Below, piece after piece: positions 40,440 through 52,800 of a stretch of 64,000 nucleotides of DNA. This stretch comes from Haplodiscus bocki (taxonomy: Eukaryota). Below the pieces are notes generated by a model. The model was not told where the DNA came from, did not search any database, and saw nothing but the letters and a program-made list of their open reading frames with translations. Location of the stretch: the NCBI GenBank assembly GCA_965655095.1, contig OZ296652.1, forward strand, positions 112,902,001 through 112,966,000, written 5' to 3'. The first letter of the stretch is position 1; each line of letters starts with the position of its first letter. A program made the position numbers and the translations under genes.

Positions 40440-42180
40440 GACGACCACAATTGAGGAAACGTTTTGTCTTTTGCTTCTATTACGTTTTACATCGGATTTA
40501 TAAAAATATTCATGCAATTCGAATTGGATACTGTTGCTCATCGGAAAACTATGGAAAAATCCACCGTAAATTCTTTCTTTTTCATCATAGACTGTATCTC
40601 TTGTATTTTAACTCTGAGTTTTGTTTAACTTGGAGAGAATTGCAACAAACTGAAATTAAAAAATCTTCTCTCCGAACTTAAACTGAAAGTTTTGCTTTCA
40701 AACAGCTACCACATTAGTATAATAAAGCTGGAATAAAATCGAAGTTCTTCAAAAATGATATTTTTGATTCATACACATCGGAAGAAACTGTGTATACTTT
40801 CGAACCTAATAATCTTGCATTTAAGAAATCCTTTTCTTACACTGACAAAAACCTTGTTTCTTCTCCGGATTCATTTGGAAAAAGTAAAATACCTTCTGGC
40901 CTCCTATCTCTGAAAAAAACTCAGAGTTTTCAGAAAATGGATCCAGTGTAGAAAAAACAATTAATTCTCAAAAATATACATCTTCCTCTGAAAACCTAAA
41001 AAACTCTTCTGTATCTGCTCAAAGACCTTCTCTGTTACCGATACCGGTAGCTCGAGCTGTCACACTGGCTGTCACCCCTCGATCTATCCCTTTCCCGTTC
41101 CATCTGATAATTATCTTCGTACATTTTTTACTGCTTCCTCTTTCGAAGGAAAAAGTAGCTAGAAATTCAAAAACTTTAAAAAGTTGAAAATCATTCAACG
41201 CTACAGACTTATCTTATGATATACTTACAACTTCTGTTCTGCAAAGAAATTGATGGACCATATTTTCCAGAAAAAAAAGAAAAAAGCTTAATCTCAAAAA
41301 TGTCTCTGATCTTAGCTTTGAAACATTTTGTCTGTTATATCCAAAAATATCTTGAAGTTTGTTATCTACAACCTCTGCTGATGATTTTCTGAATTGTGCA
41401 TCTGAAGATCTTCAACTGAATAATACATCGATATCCTCCTCTCAAAGAGTAACAAACTCTTATTATTTGAGATCAAGACCGATTTAAACATCGTGATCTT
41501 TCATTTAATAACAACATCAAGGTCGATCAAGCGCAATCTCAATCATCGGCGTCTAAAAACCAATCTCCTTCTTTCTCTGATACTCTTTTTCCACTGAGAC
41601 TTTTTTCTGGTGTTGAAGCGTCTCTCACCGTTCATTCATACCCAAAACCTACTCATCTTATTGGACACCAAATTTCAGTTTTCTCACTTACTGCTAGCAA
41701 TACTGCCGAACTTCCATATCATTGGCTCGATGAAAATTCAAGGCTTCCTACACCTGATGCATATCATTATCCACTGATACTTGACAATCAAACAAATAAT
41801 CATCCCAGATAAAATCTGAGATATCGCATTCTTCATGTATTAGAAAAAACAAAAGTCCGCAATATTCCACTCGTAACTGATAACTGAATAGATCAACTTA
41901 ATCTTCAATTGAATTGAAGTTTGAAGTGACTCTAAAGTTTCTTCGATTAAATTCCCATCCAACTCCAACTTAACCTCAAATTACACATCGAAGTTTTCCT
42001 AGACTTTTTGTTGGGACTAGTTTACATTTGACTTCCACCGACGAAAGTCCATTTGATCATCAATGGGGAAGTCAAAATTTTTACAAACCCATCCCTGGTT
42101 TGAAATAGAAAACCATTTCAAGAAAACATTGATTTTGTTGTCTGTGATATTAATTTTCTCTTTGCTGCAAACCGTTAACA
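40440..42180 (+). pseudogene. Two decayed accessory reading frames between integrase and env (unknown function)
   Basis: A semi-open frame at ~40440-41487 ends SYYLRSRPI*. A second frame is stop-free from ~41490 to 41812 (DTLFPLRLFSGVEASLTVHSYPKPTHLIGHQISVFSLTASNTAELPYHWLDENSRLPTPDAYHYPLILDNQTNNHPR) and appears to continue, interrupted, to ~42180. Confidence 0.55.
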
Positions 42181-42229
42181 GAATCACCTCTGAAAATTTA
42201 ATTCAACCTGATAATCCCAGGGTTACCTA

Positions 42230-44390
42230 ACTCCTAGCCACTCATTACCATTGTGCAAAACAATACAATCAGAGAGAATTCAGATTAACTCGGGTACAGA
42301 AAAGTACTCAAATTCCCTCCGAAATTGAAAACACAAGAACATTTCTTTCTGTTTTTGATCGTGCCAAAACAAAAAGAATTAGCCTTTCACTGCTTTGGAG
42401 GTATTGGAAAGAGTCGTGTGTTTTGAGTTCAAGGTGCACATACCAATCAATATAGACATGATCGTATGGTTTAGCATAGTATTTCCGAGCCATCATTTAA
42501 AAACCTGGATCCTAATTTAAGTTAAAAAATAATATCCGAAACAAGTAGTGGAACAATTAGGGCTGAACTGAAACCTTCTTTTTAGAAGAGATCTTTCACT
42601 TAATTGAGAGACTGAGTTGTTGGTTTCAAATTGAAAAAGAAAAAAACTGCATTCCCTGTAACGAAGCTGAATACTGTGCATACTGGTGTATTCACATACC
42701 AACTTAACAATTTTGATTGGATTACAGGTCCTGAATATTCAAAATCAAGATGCTTAGATGACCAAAAGAATCTTATTGATAAAGATTAAGTGGTCATTTT
42801 CATTCAAAAAAATCTCTCTGGATTATAATGGCAAATAGGATAAATTGATTCTGGAAGAATATACACTTCCATGTGTGAAATAGGATTGTTTTTGTAAGCC
42901 AGCACTCAAACATCCATATATTAGTGCCTGTTTTCCTGAATCAATATGTATAATCTTTCATTTCTCTGTTTTTATTGGATGCAGGTCTAAGCCGAATAAC
43001 CGTTATTGTTTAGAAACCGATGGTTTCTTTATCAGTGCCGGAAAGAAGACTGAGGAAAAAATGAACGTATATCAGCAAATGTGTCTCTGTATACTAATTA
43101 ACCACTGGGAACAACTACTCTAACCTCATCACGATGGGAAGTTTTTCCACAAAAAAAAACAGTTTCTGTAAGAAACCAACACAAATGTCAACGACTCTTT
43201 TTTTTATTTGTTTGTCTTTTATGGTGACATTTTCAGTATTAACACTGGAAACAGAATCCCAAAATTTGTTGTTGAAGAACCATCATTCACTCAAAGTTCA
43301 CTGTCTTCATCATTGGTCTTTCATTCTGTCACAAGTAAATAATATTTTCATGTACTGAACGAATCAGATAGTTTCGGTACTGTAGAGTATGATGCTCACA
43401 TAAATGGAAAGATAGAGTAACCTATCAATCACGTTTTTAGAAAATTGACGACCCAAGAAATGACTACACTACATCGTATCTGTGTTTTAGACAGAACACA
43501 CTTGCTAACTTTATTAGCATTTTCTGTTGAAAATCTTCAAAACTTTGGTTACCTTTCAAATGGAAATCGCAGTAACTTTCTCTTTGCAGGAAATTCTACT
43601 GCCTGGTTATATGGTTGTCTTCACTTACTTCCACCTCTGTGTGAAGCTGACGATTGTTTTAAGTGTTTATCAATGTACTAACAAGACACTGTAACGTGCA
43701 TTGATCCTATAACAAGGCAATCCTCTAATTATGCTACTACTATATCCTGCAATAACAATCCGCAAACTGTTATGGCAGTAGATCCTCCTAATGATGAACA
43801 ATATGTTCACTGACTCCTAAACATGTACTACGAGCCCATTCAACGCTCTGTGAACCAAAACAATTCAATCTGCAAGAAACCTGAATACTTTCACTGCACA
43901 AGACCCCCGAATTAGTTCCAATGCTGAGTTAACAAGTCTCTATAACCTTGTTTATTCACAAAACACTCTGATGCTACCTACACTAACGTCGCTGGGAAAA
44001 GCGATCACAGTTGACTTTTTAGCTATTTGTGAAAAATATCCAATTGACTTTTATTCAATTTCTACTACAAATAGTTTTAATCCCAACAGTGTTTTGGGGG
44101 TCGTTTACATTACCACCTTTTAAACATTGCTCCTGTGTTTACTCCTGACTGGTTTGGTGATGGCAATTCTTACAATATTTGTCTATGTTATATTCTAGCT
44201 CGTTGTGGAACTCACCTCTCAAAATTTATTCTCTCTGCAAAATGTCACTACAGTCTTACTGATTTTTCATCAGTCTATATGAATTATTTATAGACTTCAA
44301 GAAAACATAACTATACTTGGTTCTATCGCACACGGATTCCTCAAATATTCCACATCAAAAATGGTTAGTGATCTACATGACGCTAAAAGT
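42230..44390 (+). pseudogene. env: Envelope-like glycoprotein, class III (herpes gB / chuvirus G-like) fusogen pattern
   Basis: The N-terminus reads THYHCAKQYNQREFRLTRV (42240-). The core at 43382-43800, one frame with two stops, reads EYDAHINGKIE*PINHVFRKLTTQEMTTLHRICVLDRTHLLTLLAFSVENLQNFGYLSNGNRSNFLFAGNSTAWLYGC...DDCFKCLSMY*QDTVTCIDPITRQSSNYATTISCNNNP. A degraded hydrophobic segment follows at ~44130-44340. The position is 3' of integrase. Confidence 0.72.
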
Positions 44391-45129
44391 GGAAAATGTC
44401 AATGAAAAAACCTTCAACGGTTTGATTGATGACCCTGCTAAAATTTCTTCTAAAACAGTAGCTGGAAAATTCAAAATTCTTTGAAGAAAGATCCGTTACT
44501 CTTGCGTCAAAATTCTGAAATTGTTGAGCAGTCAAGCTCGCTGTTATTTGACAAAAATCAGTTTGCATTGACTGAACCTGAGAATAATATATCTCTTCTT
44601 TCTACCTATCTGCATCACAAAAGAACTATCTCCGGATAGTTCTTCTCGGGATAATAACCAGATGGCATTGTCGTTTTTCACCCAACTATCTGATAATACC
44701 CCACAAACAATTGCTAAAACTACCTTTTACCCTTTACCACCCTACCTCAGTATATATTCACTATTGAACTTATAGAAAAAAGTTGAAGAACTAATACTGC
44801 AAAACTGAAAAAAATAACCCTGTATTTTGTAAAGATAATCCATATGTAATGAAAACTCTGTATTTCTGGTTTCTTCTCCCGAAGTTTCATTTTTTTTCTT
44901 TTTCTGTTTCTCTCCATGTAAGGTTTTCCTGAAAGTTCTGAAATGAAACTTTCAATTTAATTCATCTCACAACCTATCCTCACTGAAAAACTCTGAAAAG
45001 GTTTTGTACTTCGCAAAGTAAAAAAACTGTGAAAAATTTTAGCAACCCTCTCTTCTGCAGAAAAATGTTGCAAAAGTTTCTAATTTTCTGCAATTTTTAC
45101 CCCCTTTTTTCATAAATTTCTTCTTCAAA

Positions 45130-48100
45130 CCAACCGTCAAGCTCAATTGACTGACCGCAACCTCAAACATTTGATACAACTCAAATTTCCATTCCCACTC
45201 TTTGCCAAAAACGTAAACAATTTTACTGAATATGAGTATCAGTGAAAAACTTTGGACCTTTCCTAGCCTTCCACTGAGTTTGAATCACAAGCTCTACTGA
45301 TCACTGGACCAAGTGATTATAAGGAAACTGGATCTCCGCAAAGTTCACTTTCTGATACTCCGCAGAATACAAAACCAACTGGTACTAAGAACTCTTTGCA
45401 TGGTTCCTACACCTCTCTGAATGATGGACTGGAATCCCAAGAACCACCTAGTAATGCTCCTTCAACTGTTCGAAATGATTCTAAAAGACGTTTCCAGGAG
45501 AAAGTAACCTGTGAAAATGATTCTTCAATTCCCCAAACAGGAAACAGAAATATCTGAATGATCCTGTTTTTTTATTATCGAAGTTTTGCCTCCTACTCTG
45601 AAGCCATTACAGAAACCTGATTGACATTGCGATGCTTCCTTAACAACACAATTGTCTACTGAAGAACTTGAAAGAAAAACTAAATCGACTTCGCTGTATA
45701 TGGTTTCAATACCGTATAAACTTCAACTTAATCCAAATCGTTACCATGATCATTATGTCTCTTATGTGTCTAAACAATTAGCTTTATATGGGCACTGGAT
45801 TTTCAACAATCAAAAAATCCTTAATCTACAACTGAATTTCTTTGTCTTTCCGTTTCTGATTCTTTGACTCACGTTTCAAATCTGAATTTCCATCTAAGAC
45901 CAAAAAACATGTCCATCATTAGACATATAAACAATTTTGGGACAACTTTGGGACCTCAACAAAAACTTCCACTTCCAAAGTGCAAAAGTTATATCTCTAT
46001 TCCCACTTCTTTTTTACAATCTGAAACCTTCATATACACTTAGTTCGCTGAGAAATTTTAATCCTTTGGAACAATACTTTTTATTTATCCCTGAAAATTG
46101 CCGGAGAAAACCTTTAATTTTTTCACACTAATGCCTCCTTTTGTACTGAAGTTGCGCACATTGATCCAGACTGAATTCCAACTGAAGTTTTTCATTCGTA
46201 ACCCCATTTGTCAATAGTTTTTGATGATCCGTTGAAGGACAAAGACCTGAAAACATTGTTTTTGCTTTGGAACTTCATACTCATAGTAAATTACCCTTTT
46301 TGACTGCACAATCAACAACTCTTACTTCAAAGAATCATTATCGGTACACTTCTTAAAACAATTCACAAACTACTGCTAATGCTGAAACTAACTTTTGTTC
46401 AAAAGCTTTCGAAAATGTCATTTCGGAAATTGAAGCTATCAATAAAGATCAATCAATTGAATTTCCAAAAACGTTTGACGTCATCCATCGAATTGATAGT
46501 TCTGATTTATCTGATTTTGATGTTCTGAGCAAGATCTTCACGGATATCACGCTGCATGATTTCCTAGCGCCAATCTGCCATTGAGTCTGAAAACAAGGCA
46601 ACACTCCTTAAGTGAATGTAATCAACTGCCACATTACTGAAACAAGTTTTCACTAAAAATCTTCCATCAGAAAAATAGCACATTCTATGTATTAACATAA
46701 TTTTTTCCACTGTCAATTCTACATCTCTGAAAGATTTTCTTTCTGTTCTGAAACTTTCCCTGCAATAACTTGAATTTCATCATTTCTGATTGTTTGATGA
46801 TCCCAACCACTGAAGTCTTCCAAAAAAATTCTGTTATCTATGAATGTTTTTTTCCTGTAACTAACAGTTTTATAACCAGAAACTCTCTTCACATTTCTGC
46901 CTCATAGTGATGTTTACATCTTCGCCTGGTTGCGACAATCAAGGCACAAATCCGAATCGATAATCCGAAGACAGTTCCAAACAGCAACATTAGGAAAATT
47001 TCAGAACAAGGCTCCTTAAGCTTTCAAGGAAAGCCTTGAAGAGTTGAAGAGTGTGACAGAAACCTCTTCATTTCAACAAACTCCCGCCGTTTTCATGTAC
47101 AGCTTTTTATGCTCTTATCACCTCAACTCAATGATGAAGTTGACTCTGGTTCTTTTATTACCACTCTGTTGTTAGAATTGACTGGTCAAAATCAAGCAAT
47201 GAAAATCTCCATTGATCTAATTGACACTGATGCTGAAATAAGAGAAACGGAATTTAATAATTTTTTCACTGAAACTGAATTTAAAATATCCCCAAGGACT
47301 GAAAGTTCTCCGTAACAAAAGCTGTCACCAGCTTACGGATACTTTAGTAACCCTGAAAACTTCTTGAACCATCCTGCAACTCCTTATTCTTTACTGAATT
47401 TTGACGGTGATGTTGACTTCTCTGCTATGATTAATGATACATTGCATACTAATTATGCACATACTGGCTATCTTTCACTGCAACGCTTTTACATGAGGAT
47501 GCTTCTAAAATAATGACCCAACCTTTTTCTGATCCAATTCAACTTTTTCCCATGAGTCCACAACCTCATTTGCTTTTTCCGAAAAAAAGAAACCGGTGAA
47601 AAAATCTTTCGCTCCGTATATCATCAACCGGCCTCGGAAAAAAAGATAAAAGATGATTCCAAAATCTAACCTTTCTACATAACAGCCTCACAGAACTTTG
47701 GAATACTGGAACACTATAAACAAAAACTCTGAAAAGTTGTGAACAACCACTTTAAAACTTTTATGAAATATACTAGGTATTGTTTTATTGAATATACCTC
47801 TGTAACTTTGAAAACATTTTCTTTCCTTCTGTTACTTTTCTCAATAATAGGTTACTGGCTAACTGACTATTCACTGGATCACTGGCAGTTCACTGTTACT
47901 GCATCTCTGTCACTGGATACTTGGCTACCTGGATTTTTGGCTTACTGAATTTTTGGCTCAACGGAATTGTGACACTGGATCCCCAGATTACTCGATTTTG
48001 GCTTTCTGGCCATCTGGCTTCTGGATCTGTCCCTGGTTCTACGTTGTTCTGGACAGGACTTCACATTCTTTGGTTCTGCGTTTCTGGCTCTGTTTATCGC

Positions 48101-48400
48101 CCAGATTGAAAAAATGATTCTCCATGGGAATAGATATTGCTGTGACTATTGTTGGTGTTCTGGATGCTGGAACAATTAATTTTGTACCCACAATTTTTTG
48201 TCATGGCCCAACTGAAGGAACCCAAAAGCACTGCTTTTCAACTGCTACTGCTCACACTGCCTCACACCCTCCGCGTCATCTAAAATACTGCTCCGACGCC
48301 AGCGCAAATTCGACGCGCATATTGATGTAAAGATTCTTTCACGCAATGGATTTATGGACTCTTTTTATGGAAACTTTAAAATTCGTGAACAATCTTTTGT
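45130..48400 (+). pseudogene. Several decayed accessory reading frames between env and the 3' LTR (unknown function)
   Basis: Long semi-open + strand frames: ~45145-45557 (QLTDRNLKHLIQLKFPFPLF...), 45652-46131, ~46228-46583 (ENIVFALELHTHSKLPFLTAQ...), 47109-47513 and 48124-48330. All lie on the same strand as gag/pol/env. Confidence 0.5.
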
Positions 48401-49379
48401 ATAATTGATAAAACTGATATTTTTAGTGATTTTATGATATAAATTGTTTTGAACCGAACTAAATTACCTAAGGCTCAGAATTTTTCAAAGTGCTAACTTT
48501 TAATCTCAAGTACTTTAAAATCACTCATTTTTAGTTGCCTCAAAGTTTTATAATTTGATTTTTTATGCCTGGGATGAATCAAAACAAAACTGAATTATAT
48601 TTGGGTTGTTCAATTAGAAATATTTTGTACACTGAAAATTTTTCTAAAGTGTCCTCTGAAATCCAACAAAACAGCTTTAATGAACCAACTTTCTGAAACT
48701 CATTCGATTTCGATGAGTAAGTTTCTTTAACGCACATTCTGAGATTCTACTGAGAAGCTGAGGTTTCGGCAAGTTTTCACACTTTTTAATCCCAAATAGT
48801 CACAAGTGATCAGTTTTTCTTCGTACCTGCTCAATTTCTCTTTTTCTTTCGGCAGCGAAAGCAACTTGAACAAAGACATAAGTATTGTGACTAAAGATAT
48901 TTAAAGAAGAAAAAACTCTGGTTCGAATGAACGAAAAATCTGAAAAACAGCTCAATTTGCAAGCAATTCCAAAACACAGACTAGACTGTTCATTTCCCCC
49001 TGTGAGCTCGTAAGTGTCAACTGTTTCTCACGATGACAACCTGATAGCAATTTTCATGGTTGATTGTCACCTTAGCAAATCAAACTCTATCAATCATTTA
49101 AACTGACATGTAACTTGTTCATAGTACGTCATCAAAGTGAACTGTCATGTTGCTCGTTCACGTTAACTCAAATAATTGAATAATGAAACAATGTGAGAAT
49201 CGCAAGTGTTCAAGCTCACTAAATTAAAATTAAAGTCTCAAATTTGCAAAAGAAAATGCAGTGACAAAAAAACTGAAATCAATCCTTTGAGGTTGAGATT
49301 TTTTTATTGGCACCTACCTGAAGGTCGAACCCCGAAGTTTCTACTTGAAAAAGTAGTCCTACCTACTGAGACCTCCTGT

Positions 49380-49392
49380 AATAAGGAAGGAC
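49380..49392 (+). promoter_or_regulatory. Candidate polypurine tract
   Basis: aataaggaaggac is immediately followed by TGTCAC at 49393, ~140 bp upstream of where similarity to the 5' LTR becomes visible. Confidence 0.45.
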
Positions 49393-49855
49393 TGTCACAA
49401 AAAGAACCTTCTTGGAACTGCAACGCTCTACTGAGAACAAAAGACTCCGATAAAATGATGAAGAAACCCAAAAGCGAAAACACACTGAAACGTGCTATTC
49501 TTCTTATGAACATGCTCTAAAAATAGTAATTTGTTCACAAAACTCGGTTGAAGTAATACACACTTATTTTGATGAAGATGTTGCTGGAATATCATTGGAC
49601 AAAAGTAACTTTGTTAATATTCTATATTTATGAATTTTGTAGATAGGTATGTTATAAATATTGAATAAGAGTTGAAGTAAATTTCAAGTAGAGACTAGTT
49701 GTTTCTTTCTCGAGAAGCATTGAGAAGTCTTTAGGAATTAACGGCCGCCAAGTAACAGCAAAAAAACAGCAAGTAAAGGCAATCCTATACCAAGGCCGCC
49801 TCGTAAAAATAAATTTAGCAAGAACACTCTACAATCAATCTTTTCAAAGGTAATA
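49393..49855 (+). repeat. 3' LTR remnant (truncated on its right by satellite)
   Basis: Starts with a candidate TG after the purine tract; 49530-49855 aligns with 30330-30660. Satellite resumes at ~49856 with no terminal CA or TSD recognisable. Confidence 0.75.
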
Positions 49856-52800
49856 GAGAACCTTGAAGTCCAGAAAGTCTATGCAAAAACAAATGACTTC
49901 AAAAATTATCCATGTTCAAACACGACCATCTGCAAAACCACCAGTATGGTTTCGTCAACCAAGTCCGCAATCAGTCAGTTTGTTTTTTAACAATTACTTG
50001 CTGGAGAAGAAGAAAAGGTTCTCTGGACGTGGCCGCTGAATTCTTGTAGTCCAAAACTGTGAATAAGATAACAACTGTGAGTTACTATATGCTCAAACAC
50101 GAAACGGCCAACCTACTTTATGCAAACCAAGGTCACAATCCACAAACTTTGTTAGACCGGGAAAATTGGCTGGGAGACTTATTGATTTTTCCTCGCGTCT
50201 GCATCCTGATGATCCGAAAAAAAACAAAAATTACAAAAACTAACTAAAGCGTCTCCTTAATCAAATTAAAATCTCTCCATATCGTTTCCAGTTCAAAAAC
50301 AGAGGCACAGGTATTCGTTGTCGTATCTGTAAAATACAGTTCGTTGGAGGTTTCTTCGAAGTCAATTTTTGCGTTGGATCGCTAAAGTCCGGTAATTCCC
50401 GGTAGAAATATTTGATTCCAAAATTTGCCAAAAGTCAAACAGGTCTATCTTCTAAAAAACCAGATTGTTTTCTTGAGCCAAATTGAAACCTGAACAAGTT
50501 GCACTCAAGGAGGACTTTTTGAAAGGAACGAGCTCGATTCTGATCTTGACATATGAAAAATGATAATATCAAACTGCGAAGAAAGACTTAGGATGAATTC
50601 TCGTGCATTTCAGACAAGTGTTTCTGCAGAACACCCAGCCAACAAAACTCAACTAAAGTAGAATCGACGCGTTCTCGTCAGACGAAGACCTTTGGATGAA
50701 TTAAATTCTGATATTTTCTTCGCCCTCACACCTTGCAAGACACTTCATTTGTTATCTACAACTCTTGGTAATCAAATTAAAACACCTCATATTCTTGTGT
50801 TCATTTGAATGGATGAGGTATGAGTGTGCGTTTTCCTACCTGTAAAAGTCATTTTAGTGGATTTTTGTTGAATTTCATCCTTTGCATTGAAAATTTGATG
50901 TCCAGGAAAGCCAACCAATAGTATTTGCCATCAATTTTTATCCATCAACAAACACTTCTAACTGCTAAACAACTAGTTTGGTTTCGTCAACCAATTGCAA
51001 AATTGATCGATATGTATACAACAAGAGCCATCTGAAAAGGAGGAGTTATTTTTCTGGACGTTGCCTTCGACATTTTGTGGTCCAAAACCGTGAAAAAAAT
51101 AGAAATTTTGAATTATCTTGTTGTTGAAACACAAAATTCTGCAAAACAGCTAAGTTAACTTATACAAACAGAGTCACAATCGATTAATGTTGCTAGACCA
51201 GGAAGAAAATTGGGTGAGGGAACTTTTGACTTTTTCCCTCGTGTCTGCACCCCAATGATCCAAAAGATAACAGAAATTACAAAAAGTAATTACAAATCTT
51301 GTTAATCAAAGCAATTTCACTTCGTATCTGGTTTCCATTTCAAAAATGAAGATATGAGTACGCCTTCTCGTACCTGTAAAAGTCAGTTCGTTGGAGTTTT
51401 GTTGGAAGTCAAATTTTGCGTTCGAGCGCTAAAGTCCGGAATTTCCCAGCAGAACGAATTGATTTCGAATTTTATCCACAATCAAAAACGTCTATCTATG
51501 AAACCATTATTTTTTCAAGAGCCAAATTTACACCGTAAACAGTTCCGCTCAAAGACGACTATTTCAATAGAAGGAGCTCGATTTTGATCTTGGTTTTTGG
51601 CAAAAGATGAAGTCAAACCGCAAAGAAACACCTATAATGAATTCTTGTGTTAATCAGACAAGTGATTCTGCAGAACGCCCACTCTATAAAATTCAATCAA
51701 AGTACAACCGACGAGTCCTTGTCAGATTAGGATGTTTGGGTGAGACAATTTCTGATTTTTTCCGCTCCTCCGCACCTTGAGGATGCGAAAATGCAAAACA
51801 CTTCATTTATTATCTACAACTCTCGATGATAAAACTACAACACCTCAAAATGTTTTGATGATTTCAATGTTTAAGGTATTGCTGTGCGTTTTCTTACTTG
51901 TTATGGTCAATTCAGTGGATATTGTTGAATTTTTTTCTCTGCATTGGAATGTTGATATCCAGGAAAGCCGACGACAGTATCTGCCATCAAATTTTATCCA
52001 TAACCGAACATTTGTAACTGCTAAACAACTATTTTGGTTTCGTCAGCCAATTGAGAAATTGATCGATATGTATTCAAAAAGGATTATTTGAAAAGGACGT
52101 GTTAGTGTTCTGGTCGTGGTCTTTGAACTTCTATAGTCCAAAACTGTGGAAAAGATAAAAGCTTTGATTTATCTTGTTGCTAAAACACGAAAATCTGCAA
52201 AACAGCTAACTTTACCTTTTTAAACAAAGGCACAATCAATAAGCTTTGCTAGACCAGGAAAACTGGGTGAGGGAAGCATTGAGTTTTTCCATCGTGTCTG
52301 CACCCTGATGATTCAAAAAACAACAGAAATAAAAAAAACTAAACACAAGTCTCGTTAATCAAACTAAAGTCCCTCTACATCTAGTTTCCACTTCAAAAAT
52401 GGAGGTACTAGTATGCGTGTTCGTACCTGTAAAAAACAGTTCGTTGGAGTTTTGCTGGAAGTCAGTTTTTGCGTTGGAGCACTTACTTCTGGAAATTCCA
52501 AGCAGAAATAACTGATTCCTAAAAAACTTTGTCCACAATCGAACAAGTCTACCTGCAAAACAACAATTTTAATTTCTGGAGCCAAGTTCACACCTGAACC
52601 AGTTTCGCTCAAAGACGACTATTCCAGCGGAACGAACGCAATTTTGATTTTGACTTTTGACAAAAGATAAAACCAGACTGCCAAGAAACACGTAGATTGA
52701 ATTCTCGTGTTATTCAGACAAGTGATCCTGCAGAACACCCAGTCTATAAAATTCAATCAAAGTACAATCCACGAGTTCTTGTCAGACGAGGACGTTTGGG

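Larger units (their letters stand above)
30276..49855 (+). mobile_element. Giant (~19.6 kb) decayed Ty3/Gypsy-type LTR retroelement with env-like gene and accessory reading frames
   Basis: Direct repeats near both ends. Internal order Gag(CCHC)-PR-RT-RNase H-INT(GPY/F)-env on the + strand; RT before INT plus a GPY/F module indicates Ty3/Gypsy rather than Copia. All ORFs are broken by stops and frameshifts. Confidence 0.92.
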
